NCBI GenBank assembly: GCA_020354945.1
Contig: CP070655.1
Coordinates: 148,667 to 179,730, forward strand
DNA from: Candidatus Omnitrophota bacterium
GTDB lineage: Bacteria; Omnitrophota; Gorgyraeia; JABMRG01; JAFGKX01
Direction of reading: 5' to 3'
Length of the DNA stretch: 31,064 nucleotides
Part shown: one piece after another, positions 1-8,038 of the stretch
Numbering within the stretch: position 1 is the first letter of the stretch
Layout of the letters: the number at the start of each line of letters is the position of its first letter
The notes under the pieces: model-generated
Databases searched by the model: none
What the model saw: the letters and a program-made list of their open reading frames with translations, nothing else
Told to the model about the DNA's origin: nothing
Translations under genes and position numbers: made by a program

Positions 1-51
1 AGGCAGGTAATAAACAGAGAGAAACTATTAAAGAGAAAATAAAAAATAGGG

Positions 52-98
52 ACAAAAACTAGTCGGCGTCCTTAATTTTCGGTACCACTAGTTTTTGT
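52..98. repeat. 12-bp perfect inverted repeat immediately after the SurA-like gene stop
   Basis: ACAAAAACTAGT (52-63) / ACTAGTTTTTGT (87-98). Confidence 0.7.
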
Positions 99-1523
99 TT
101 AAAGATTAGGCTTAAGATTGGCCTTTTGTTTTAGGTTGGCAAACCAGTCCTGAAAGGCCTTTTTCTTTTTTTCTTCAAGCAAGCTTTTTCTAAATTCTTG
201 CTTTTCTTTTTGGAAAATTTCAGTATCTATCGGTTTTAATTTATCCAATCTTATAAGGCAATAGCCCTTTTGCACCTTAATTGGCCCGGCAAATCCTTTC
301 TCTTTAATTGCAAAGCAGGCATTGCTAAATTCAACATTATATCCTATATCCTTAATGTAGCTTTCTCTGGTGATATCTTTAAGATTAATTATATCGGATT
401 TAATCTGTTCTGATAAATTTTCTAAGCTGACTGCTTGCGATTTTAGGAGATTGGCATAATTTTGCGAAGCTGCCTTTGCGAGTCCATCTGTTTTATGGGT
501 TACGAGTGCCGAACGCACATCTTCCTTTACCTGCTCGAAAGGCGGGATGAAGGGTGAGATTTTTTCTTTTAATTTTATCACATAGAATCCTTTAGTATCT
601 TCTACAACGTTATTAGCCCTTTCCTCAGAAAGACCAAAAGCAACCATAGAAAATGGATATGAAAGCCCGATACCCGGGATAGCTTCGCCAAAAGAGAAAG
701 ACCCTGTTTCTTTGATTTTCAAATTATATTTTTTAGCCAAGGCATTAAAATCTTCACCTAAATTTAGATAATCGTTTATCTCCCGAGCCAATTGTCTTGT
801 TTTTTCTTTTTCGTCTTCAGCCCCTTCTTTTTCTGGATAAGGCAAATTTATGTAGTAAACGTTTCGTTCCTCCGATGTGCGGAATTGTTCTTTATGAGAA
901 TTATAGAAAGGTTCAAGTTCTGACTCCTTTGTTGCAACGTCCTTTTTAAACGAATCGGTATTTATTAAAATATAGCTTATATCGGCCTTTTCATTTTTTG
1001 TTTTGTAAGATTCTTTAATTTCTTCTTCGGTGATTGCGGTATCTTTTTCTACAGAATCGATAATTTTAGAAATCATAATATCTTCCCTGACAGATTCTTC
1101 AAAATTTCTAGCAGTTGTGCCGAATATGTTCTGCACAATATAATTGTAGGCTTTTTGATTAAAACTCCCTTCGCTTTGAAAAAATGGCATCGAAGCAATT
1201 CTTTCTATCACTTCTTTATTATTTGCCCTTATTCTTTTTTTCTTGGCGTAATATAGAAGAATCAATCTATCCCAGGCCTGCCCCTCTAAATTTAGGAATT
1301 TTTGCATCTTTGGTAATTTATCGCCATATACCATCTTGGCCCGATTAAAGACAGCATAATAGGCCCGGCTATATTTCTGCGGGGAGATCTTTTTGCCAAA
1401 TATTATGCCGGCGTAATTGCGAGCAGTCCTTGCCGCGCTTCCGGCTCCCCAGACAACAAAAGAAACCACAAGAACCCACATTATAACCTGCACAATCCTT
1501 TTTCTTCTCAACGGCTTAAACAT
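99..1523 (-). CDS. SurA N-terminal domain / PpiD-like periplasmic chaperone (peptidyl-prolyl isomerase family)
   Basis: N-terminal TM anchor (IVQVIMWVLVVSFVVWG); PpiD-like 'F..EG.FNQKAY' segment; rotamase-like 'GEDFNALAKKY' and 'GPIKVQKGYCLIRL'; C-terminal 'W..NLKQKA'. Confidence 0.8.
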   Translation of the reverse strand: MFKPLRRKRIVQVIMWVLVVSFVVWGAGSAARTARNYAGIIFGKKISPQKYSRAYYAVFNRAKMVYGDKLPKMQKFLNLEGQAWDRLILLYYAKKKRIRANNKEVIERIASMPFFQSEGSFNQKAYNYIVQNIFGTTARNFEESVREDIMISKIIDSVEKDTAITEEEIKESYKTKNEKADISYILINTDSFKKDVATKESELEPFYNSHKEQFRTSEERNVYYINLPYPEKEGAEDEKEKTRQLAREINDYLNLGEDFNALAKKYNLKIKETGSFSFGEAIPGIGLSYPFSMVAFGLSEERANNVVEDTKGFYVIKLKEKISPFIPPFEQVKEDVRSALVTHKTDGLAKAASQNYANLLKSQAVSLENLSEQIKSDIINLKDITRESYIKDIGYNVEFSNACFAIKEKGFAGPIKVQKGYCLIRLDKLKPIDTEIFQKEKQEFRKSLLEEKKKKAFQDWFANLKQKANLKPNL

Positions 1524-1554
1524 ATTTTTCTTTTGGGAACGGTTCTGAACGTCT

Positions 1555-2583
1555 CTAGTCCCTATGCGGTTCGATTATCACCTTAATACATTCTTTAGCC
1601 TCAGCAGCAAGCTTAAAACCTAAGCCTGTGTCTTTTAGGCTCAATTTATGAGTAATCATCTTTTTAACAGGTACACTGCCAGAACGGATTAATTCTATCG
1701 CTACGGTGATATCATATGGGCTACCCCCATATGAAGGCATCAATTTTATTTCGTTACGCCAGAACTCATTGACCGGGGCTGAAAGATTAATACCTGGTTT
1801 TGCCGGTGCAAAAAATAAAACAGTACCACCGCGATCCACAGATTGTAATGCCTGCGTGAAAGCAGAAGAAGCTCCGGTGCATACAATTACCAAATCCGCA
1901 AGCCTGTTATCGTTTAATTCTTTTAGATGTTTAGGAACATCTTCTTTAGCATTTATTACTGCACTTGCTCCGAATTCTCGAGCTGCTTTTAAGCGATATT
2001 TACTTATATCTGTGGTAATAATCCGTCCTGCTCCTAAAGCTTTAGCCAGCAAAAGATGAAGCAAGCCTGAAATGCCGCTTCCGAAAATAAGCACACTTTG
2101 CCCGGGCTTAAGCTGTGCTACCCTCTGCCCACGGACAGCACAGGCCAATGGTTCAATAAGCGTTCCTTCTTTAAAAGAGACCTCATTAGGTAAAATAAAT
2201 ACTCCACGGTCTACATTGAGCTGCGGCACCCGTATGTATTCAGCAAAACCACCAGGGTCATAGTTTGTAGTATGTAAAGTCTCGCAAGCGGTATGGTGAC
2301 CCGAAAGACAATAATGGCAGGTATTGCAGGGTATATGATGTGATACAAAAACTCTATCGCCCTTTTTATATTTTTTTACATCTTTTCCTACCTTGACAAT
2401 TTCTCCTGCAATCTCATGCCCTAATACCAGCGGTGCTTTTTTAATACGATACCATTCCATTATATCGCTTCCGCAGATGCCACTGGTTAGAACTTTTACC
2501 AATAGTTCACCAGGGTCAATTTTTGGAGTCGGCATCTCCTCCAACCGCACATCTCGGTTGTTATAATACATTGCAACGCGCAT
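1555..2583 (-). CDS. Zinc-dependent alcohol/sugar-alcohol dehydrogenase (MDR family)
   Basis: GICGSD, GHE.AG, structural Zn site C-x2-C-x2-C-x7-C, Rossmann GSGISG; start overlaps the upstream stop (TAATG). Confidence 0.92.
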   Translation of the reverse strand: MRVAMYYNNRDVRLEEMPTPKIDPGELLVKVLTSGICGSDIMEWYRIKKAPLVLGHEIAGEIVKVGKDVKKYKKGDRVFVSHHIPCNTCHYCLSGHHTACETLHTTNYDPGGFAEYIRVPQLNVDRGVFILPNEVSFKEGTLIEPLACAVRGQRVAQLKPGQSVLIFGSGISGLLHLLLAKALGAGRIITTDISKYRLKAAREFGASAVINAKEDVPKHLKELNDNRLADLVIVCTGASSAFTQALQSVDRGGTVLFFAPAKPGINLSAPVNEFWRNEIKLMPSYGGSPYDITVAIELIRSGSVPVKKMITHKLSLKDTGLGFKLAAEAKECIKVIIEPHRD

Positions 2584-3371
2584 TATTTTGATTCTCCCTT
2601 AAAAATCTGATGGGCTTCTTTAGCATTGGCATTTTCATGGACAATGGCACGTAAGGCTTTAGCCATTGCTACTGGATGAGGATTTTGCCAAACATTTCTT
2701 CCAAGGGTTATGCCGATAGCGCCCTTTTGCATGCCGTCATAGACAAATTCTAATACATCAAGTTCTGTTTTACATTTAGGTCCACCCGCTACAACCACCG
2801 GGACTGGACAGCCTTCTACAACCTTATCAAAATCTTTTTCGCACCAGTAGGTCTTTACAACCTTTGCTCCTAATTCAGCGGCAATACGACAAGCTAATGC
2901 AAGATAACGGGCCTCTCGCTTTTCCATCTCTTTACCCACAGCTGTAACAGCCATTACTGGGATGCCATAGTTTTCACATTTATTAACCAATTCTGCAAGG
3001 TTTAATAAAGTTTCTTTTTCATAATCACTGCCGACAAATATAGAAACACCAACAGCAGCAACATTAAGACGAACAATTTCCTCAATAGAAGTAGTTAAAA
3101 CCTCATTTGCCAGATCTTTCCCTGCCATGCTGGTGCCGCCGGATACCCTTAATATAATAGGCTTTGAATTAGTAGGATCTAAGCATGAGCGCAATACGCC
3201 TCTGGTAACAAATAGGGCATCGCAGTAAGGAAGAAGCGGTTTTATAGTTTCACCTGGTTTTTCTAAACAGCGGGTTGGTCCTTGAAAATACCCATGGTCT
3301 ATGGGCAAAAAGAAACAATGTCTATCAGGTTGAATAAGTTTACTCAGCCGATTTTTCATACCCCAGTCCAT
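2583..3371 (-). CDS. lsrF: LsrF-like class I aldolase/thiolase (DhnA family)
   Basis: MDWGMKNRL start, DHGYFQGP, AAELGA.VVKTY Schiff-base Lys, AGGPK, GRNVWQ; GGAGG RBS at 3380-3384 favours ATG 3371. Confidence 0.85.
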   Translation of the reverse strand: MDWGMKNRLSKLIQPDRHCFFLPIDHGYFQGPTRCLEKPGETIKPLLPYCDALFVTRGVLRSCLDPTNSKPIILRVSGGTSMAGKDLANEVLTTSIEEIVRLNVAAVGVSIFVGSDYEKETLLNLAELVNKCENYGIPVMAVTAVGKEMEKREARYLALACRIAAELGAKVVKTYWCEKDFDKVVEGCPVPVVVAGGPKCKTELDVLEFVYDGMQKGAIGITLGRNVWQNPHPVAMAKALRAIVHENANAKEAHQIFKGESK

Positions 3372-3402
3372 TTTATTTACCTCCAATTTTAACTATGTTA
3401 AA

Positions 3403-3514
3403 ATTGTCCCGAACGATGCGAGTACGAGCATCGGAGGGGCTCTTCGTTATTATGTTCCCTCAACAGCTAAAATGCTCACGTCTGTTCGCATTTTTACGCT
3501 GTTTCGGGACCAAT
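3403..3514. mobile_element. MITE/REP-like element with terminal IRs and two internal GA/GA hairpins
   Basis: ATTGTCCCGAA ... TTCGGGACCAAT; internal CGATGC-GA-GTAC-GA-GCATCG and AAAATGC-TC...TC-GCATTTT. Confidence 0.6.
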
Positions 3515-3739
3515 CTACCTTTTTGGTAGATTGACAGGCCTTATAATTAAATATCCTTTATCTATTAACCAATGATGAAATTGATATGTGGTATATTTAC
3601 AGTCAGTTTTGCATATCTTTCTTATTTTCTCATATTCTTCAGAACCCTGCTCTTTTGTGTCTAATTCAAGTTTAACCGGACACTTCACATCCTTGCAAAA
3701 TTCCCTTCGTTTATAATCAATATATCCATCAATTGACAT
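3515..3739 (-). CDS. Small Cys/His-rich hypothetical protein, possibly metal-binding
   Basis: 74 aa, C-x4-C...C-x3-C...FHHW; AGGAAG upstream of the ATG; co-oriented with lsrF. Confidence 0.75.
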   Translation of the reverse strand: MSIDGYIDYKRREFCKDVKCPVKLELDTKEQGSEEYEKIRKICKTDCKYTTYQFHHWLIDKGYLIIRPVNLPKR

Positions 3740-3800
3740 AACTTAACTTCCTACAGTAACGAACATTTTAACCTTTTTTGTATATTTTTGCAAGTACATA

Positions 3801-3809
3801 TGATAAAAT
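3801..3809 (+). promoter_or_regulatory. Extended -10 element (TG-A-TAAAAT), possible leaderless transcript
   Basis: TGATAAAAT ends 7 nt before ATG 3817; no SD sequence present. Confidence 0.4.
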
Positions 3810-3816
3810 CATAACA

Positions 3817-4416
3817 ATGAATCCTAAAACCATAAAAAAAGAACTCGCAAGATGCGCAGGAGAACTTGCTTCTGAAGACCTAGTTAGCGGCGGCGCCGGC
3901 AATATAAGTGCCAGAGCCGGAAAACAGATTTATATTAAAAAAGCTGCTATAAGGTTTAAACAAGCAGAACCAAAAGACTTCGTCAATATAAAGAATAGAA
4001 AACAAGTAAGCGCTGAATGGAGACTGCACCTTTATTGTTATAAGGCAAGGCCGGATATAAAGACAGTGGTGCATACCCACCCAGTAGCTGTTCTTTCACT
4101 CGCTTCTATGGGCATGAAAATAAAACCTGTCACTGTAGATTTTGCGGTCTATTTCAAAAATGGTATAAAATATACAAAGTTTGCATTACCAGGAAGTAAA
4201 AACTTAGCAGAATTAACAGCCAAGGCTATTAAAAATTACGATGGGGTTATACTCAGCAACCACGGATTAGTCACAGTAGGCACCAGCTTAAAAGAAGCGA
4301 CCTTGCGATCAATAATAGCGGAAAGAGAAGCCAAAATAATCCTAGCGGCAAAGTTACTCAACCGTAGAATAAGAAACCTCACCAAATCTCAGCTTAAATC
4401 CATTTATAAGCTATAA
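3817..4416 (+). CDS. Class II aldolase/adducin family (fuculose-1-phosphate aldolase-like)
   Basis: GNISAR, S.EWRLH, VVHTHP, LSNHG metal-binding motifs; ATG 3817 preferred over TTG 3778. Confidence 0.9.
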   Translation: MNPKTIKKELARCAGELASEDLVSGGAGNISARAGKQIYIKKAAIRFKQAEPKDFVNIKNRKQVSAEWRLHLYCYKARPDIKTVVHTHPVAVLSLASMGMKIKPVTVDFAVYFKNGIKYTKFALPGSKNLAELTAKAIKNYDGVILSNHGLVTVGTSLKEATLRSIIAEREAKIILAAKLLNRRIRNLTKSQLKSIYKL

Positions 4417-4442
4417 AGCCAACAAAGCATAATAATATGTAT

Positions 4443-4471
4443 TTGACATATATATGAAAAAAATGTATTAT
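4443..4471 (+). promoter_or_regulatory. Sigma70-type promoter upstream of hisG
   Basis: TTGACA 4443-4448, 17-bp spacer, TATTAT 4466-4471. Confidence 0.7.
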
Positions 4472-4637
4472 ATGTAGCGTTAATATAACATTATGAAAAT
4501 ATTTGAGTTATATGTAGTATTTAGCAGAACAGAGAGTTAAAATGGCGCCGATATTGAAATTGAATAGACACAATACAAAAGAAGAAATAGAATTTGAATG
4601 ATTGAGATAAGAAAGGCGGGGCTACAGGGAGAACAAT

Positions 4638-5525
4638 ATGAAAAAAGAAAAAATTCTTAAGATAGGGTTGCCTAAGGGAAGTCTTCAAGAGGCGACTTTT
4701 AAGATTTTCCAAAAAGCAGGATTTAAGGTCAGTTTAACCACGGCAAGGTCTTATTTTCCGTCGATTGACGACCCCCAGCTTGATGTGGTTTTATTAAGGG
4801 CCCAGGAGATGTCGCGATATGTCGAAGACGGAGCATTGGATTGCGGTATAACCGGCAACGATTGGATACAGGAGAATTCTTCCAAGATAAAGATTGTAGC
4901 AGACCTGGTATATGCAAAATATAGTTTAAAACCAGTTAGATGGGTCATAGCTGTGCCTGAGGACTCAAGCATAAAGACATTAAAAAACCTTAACGGTAAA
5001 CGTATAGCGACAGAATTGGTAAATGTTACTAAAAAATTTCTTAATAAAAAAAATATAAAAGCAGAAGTAGAATTTAGCTGGGGAGCCACTGAGGTAAAAG
5101 TAGCGGCAGGCTTGGTAGATGCTATAGTTGAGTTAACCGAAACCGGCGCAAGTCTTAGAGCCAACAGATTGCGCATAATAGATACAGTGTGCACATCTAC
5201 CACCCAGCTTATAGCTAATAAACAATCCTTCTCTGATGAATGGAAACGTTCAAAAATAGAAGCCTTGCGATTGTTACTTAAAGGGGCTATATTGGCAGAG
5301 ACAAAGGTTGGTCTTAAGATGAACGTAGCTGCCAAAGACTTAAATGAAGCCCTTAAAATTCTGCCTGCCATGAAAAAACCCACCGTTTCTCCGCTGGCAA
5401 CCAAGGGCTGGTACGATATAGATACTATAATATCAGAAGATGAAGTAAAAAAACTTATACCGAAATTAAAAAAAGCAGGCGCACAGGGAATAATTGAGTA
5501 TCCGTTAAATAAGGTGATATATTAG
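4638..5525 (+). CDS. hisG: ATP phosphoribosyltransferase, long form
   Basis: [39 protein letters not shown]-terminal regulatory domain. Confidence 0.97.
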   Translation: MKKEKILKIGLPKGSLQEATFKIFQKAGFKVSLTTARSYFPSIDDPQLDVVLLRAQEMSRYVEDGALDCGITGNDWIQENSSKIKIVADLVYAKYSLKPVRWVIAVPEDSSIKTLKNLNGKRIATELVNVTKKFLNKKNIKAEVEFSWGATEVKVAAGLVDAIVELTETGASLRANRLRIIDTVCTSTTQLIANKQSFSDEWKRSKIEALRLLLKGAILAETKVGLKMNVAAKDLNEALKILPAMKKPTVSPLATKGWYDIDTIISEDEVKKLIPKLKKAGAQGIIEYPLNKVIY

Positions 5526-5575
5526 TCTTCAGTTTTCAGTTCTGACGACTGATAATTGAATACTAACGAGTGAAC
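5522..5575. repeat. Head-to-head heptamer array (TCAGTTT / ACTGAYN type)
   Basis: TTAGTCT TCAGTTT TCAGTTC followed by ACTGATA ATTGAAT ACTAACG AGTGAAC. Confidence 0.65.
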
Positions 5576-5591
5576 AAGGAGGCGAAAAGAC

Positions 5592-5687
5592 ATGCCGTGT
5601 GGAAGGAAAAGAAAAAGGGCCAAGATAGCCAAGCATAAAAGAAAGAAGAGGCTTCGAAGAGATAGACACAAGAAGAAAAATAGATAG
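5592..5687 (+). CDS. 31-aa basic protein, AURKAIP1/COX24 (bS22/mS38-like ribosomal protein) family
   Basis: Translated by hand: MPCGRKRKRAKIAKHKRKKRLRRDRHKKKNR*; AAGGAGG RBS at 5576-5582; stop abuts the next ATG; below the ORF track size cutoff. Confidence 0.85.
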   Translation: MPCGRKRKRAKIAKHKRKKRLRRDRHKKKNR

Positions 5688-7064
5688 ATGCTAAATAGAT
5701 TTTTAAGCTCGACGATAGCAGTCTTTGTCATTGGCTTGTTATTCTTAGCCCAGGAAGCAGAGGGCGTAAATAGACATAATGCGGAAGCTGTAGGGAAGCC
5801 AGCTTCATTAATAGAAAACATAAAAAGGATATTAGGCTTTGATTTAGCAATAAGATTAGAAAAGGAGAGAGAGCAGCTAACAAAGGAAAGTTCCTCTTAC
5901 GCCCATTATACTATGGGCGTTGTATTTGATAACCAAAATCAAGCAGAGCAAGCCAAACATGAGTATTTAAGAGCAAAAGATTTAACTCCAGACGAAAAAC
6001 AGATATATTTAAGATTGGCTTCTGTATGCATAAAATTAAATCAGACCGATGAAGCCATAGAATATATTAATGAAGTAAAAAGATTAGACCCGGATGATGT
6101 AACCAGCTCATTTTTACTGGCATTACTTTATATATCTAAAAGAGACTGGGCAAAGGCAACAGCCGAATACGAGAAGGTTATAGAAGCCCATCCCGATAAC
6201 ATTATTGCCCTTTCTTCATTGGCCGATATATATATAATTGAGGACAAACTTGCAGAAGCAGTTAGAATATATGAGAAGTTAATAGGGGAAAGACCGGAGG
6301 TGCCCCAGCTTTACTTTAATCTGGGGATTATATATATAAAATTAGATAAAAAGAAAAAAGCCATCGACAGCTTTAGACGGGCAATAGAGGCAGATAAATC
6401 TTATATAGATGCTTATATATTTTCATCAGGGCTTTTAATAAAAGAGGGTAAAAAAGATGAGGCCGTCTCTGTCCTTAGGAAAGGATTAGAGCAAAATCCT
6501 GAAAATGTCCGCTTATTGTTCTTTTTAGGGAGTTGTTTGTATGAGATAGGCAATTATGCGCAGGCCTTAGAGTCTTATAATAAAATAATTGCCATTGAGC
6601 CGGATTATACAGAGGCCTATTTTTATTTAGGCATAACTTATGATAAAATGGGCAATCGCGCCGCTGTTAAAAGACAGATGCGCAAAGTCATAGAGCTTGA
6701 TGGGGACAATGATGCGGCACTAAATTATCTCGGTTACACATTGGCCTGCGACGGAGAAAATCTGGATGAGGCGATTGAACTTATAAATAGGGCCTTAAAG
6801 ATAGAGCCTGAAAACGGGGCCTATGTCGATAGCCTTGGATGGGCCTATTATAAAAAAGGCGAAATTGAAAAGGCTCTCGAGCTTCTTAAAAAGGCAGTAG
6901 AGCTTTATGGAAAAGACCCGGTAATATTTGACCATTTAGGGGATGCCTATTATGATTTAGGGAAAAAGAGTGAGGCTTTCCAGGCCTGGGAAAAATCGTT
7001 AAAGATTGATCCGGAGCAAAAAAAGGTAAAGGAGAAACTCCGAAAATACAAGCGAGGAAAATAA
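5688..7064 (+). CDS. Exported tetratricopeptide-repeat protein
   Basis: Signal-like N-terminus; many TPRs; ALNYLGY.LA and DSLGW.YY motifs typical of TPR proteins found near ispE. Confidence 0.9.
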   Translation: MLNRFLSSTIAVFVIGLLFLAQEAEGVNRHNAEAVGKPASLIENIKRILGFDLAIRLEKEREQLTKESSSYAHYTMGVVFDNQNQAEQAKHEYLRAKDLTPDEKQIYLRLASVCIKLNQTDEAIEYINEVKRLDPDDVTSSFLLALLYISKRDWAKATAEYEKVIEAHPDNIIALSSLADIYIIEDKLAEAVRIYEKLIGERPEVPQLYFNLGIIYIKLDKKKKAIDSFRRAIEADKSYIDAYIFSSGLLIKEGKKDEAVSVLRKGLEQNPENVRLLFFLGSCLYEIGNYAQALESYNKIIAIEPDYTEAYFYLGITYDKMGNRAAVKRQMRKVIELDGDNDAALNYLGYTLACDGENLDEAIELINRALKIEPENGAYVDSLGWAYYKKGEIEKALELLKKAVELYGKDPVIFDHLGDAYYDLGKKSEAFQAWEKSLKIDPEQKKVKEKLRKYKRGK

Positions 7065-7065
7065 A

Positions 7066-7132
7066 CTCCACACTTACGCGTGGGGAATAAGATACAATAC
7101 ACGCCTGCCGGTAGACAGGCAAGTGTGTGGAG
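7066..7132. repeat. CTCCACAC...GTGTGGAG hairpin containing a 20-bp CCTGCC-type palindrome (7100-7119)
   Basis: 8-bp perfect arms; alternative right arm GCGTGGGG at 7078-7085; internal CACGCCTGCCGGTAGACAGG. Confidence 0.7.
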
Positions 7133-7149
7133 CCAAAGAAAGGTGAGAG

Positions 7150-7980
7150 ATGAAACAACGGCCAGACATTAACAAGCTCAGAAAGCAGGCTAAACAGATT
7201 AGAATAGATGTCTTGAAGATGCTTGCTGCTGCAGGCAGCGGTCATACTGGTGGTTCGCTTTCCTGCGTGGAGATTATCTTAAGCTTATATGGCTATAAGT
7301 TACGCTATAATTCCAAAAGACCGGACTGGCCGGATAGGGATAGATTTATTCTTTCAAAAGGCCATGGTTGCCCAACACTTTATGCTATTCTTGCTCATTT
7401 TGGATATTTTCCTAAAAAGGATCTTATGGATTTGAGAAAATTTGGTTCACTACTTCAAGGCCATCCCCAGCTTGGCCTGCCGGGCTTAGAATCCTCAACA
7501 GGCTCCCTGGGCATGGGTTTATCCATTGCTAACGGAATGGCTTTGGCAGCAAGACTGGATAAAAGAAAAGATGTAAGAATATATTGCCTTATGGGCGATG
7601 GTGAAATAGATGAAGGCCAGATATGGGAGGCGGCAATGACTGCTTCTCATTATAAACTGGACAATCTTTGCGGAATAGTAGATTTCAATAAATTACAAAT
7701 AGACGGTTTTTTACGTGATATAAAAAATATAAAGCCGGCTAGAGAAAAATGGCGCTCTTTTGGCTGGGAAGTTTTTGAAGTAGATGGCCACGATTTTAAA
7801 CAACTTATGGATGCTTATGATAAAGCTCAGCATATAAAAGGGAAACCCAGTATTGTCCTGGCTCATACAACAAAAGGTAAAGGCGTATCTTTTATAGAAA
7901 ATAAGGTAGAGTGGCATGGCATAGCGCCGAAGCCGGAAGAACTTGAAAGAGCTTTGAAAGAGCTGGAATCGTTGTCATAG
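7150..7980 (+). CDS. Transketolase, N-terminal (TPP-binding) subunit
   Basis: SGHTGGSLS, DRFILSKGH, LQGHP, STGSLG.G, GDGE..EG..WEA. Confidence 0.95.
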   Translation: MKQRPDINKLRKQAKQIRIDVLKMLAAAGSGHTGGSLSCVEIILSLYGYKLRYNSKRPDWPDRDRFILSKGHGCPTLYAILAHFGYFPKKDLMDLRKFGSLLQGHPQLGLPGLESSTGSLGMGLSIANGMALAARLDKRKDVRIYCLMGDGEIDEGQIWEAAMTASHYKLDNLCGIVDFNKLQIDGFLRDIKNIKPAREKWRSFGWEVFEVDGHDFKQLMDAYDKAQHIKGKPSIVLAHTTKGKGVSFIENKVEWHGIAPKPEELERALKELESLS

Positions 7981-8013
7981 AGTTATAGCGTTATAGAGTG
8001 TGAAACGCAATAA
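7973..8013. repeat. Octamer tandem array with short inverted arm
   Basis: TGTCATAG AGTTATAG CGTTATAG ... AACGCAATAAC. Confidence 0.55.
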
Positions 8014-8038
8014 CAAGCGCGCTTACAAGGAGTGCAAG

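Noticed and set aside
4542-4601. His attenuator leader peptide upstream of hisG
   Set aside because: Only one His codon and no terminator/antiterminator hairpins visible.
4751-5404. 217-aa antisense ORF and other antisense or alternative-frame ORFs (e.g. 10032-10634, 14767-15186, 27737-28189, 30136-30441)
   Set aside because: Shadows of well-supported genes with no recognisable motifs.
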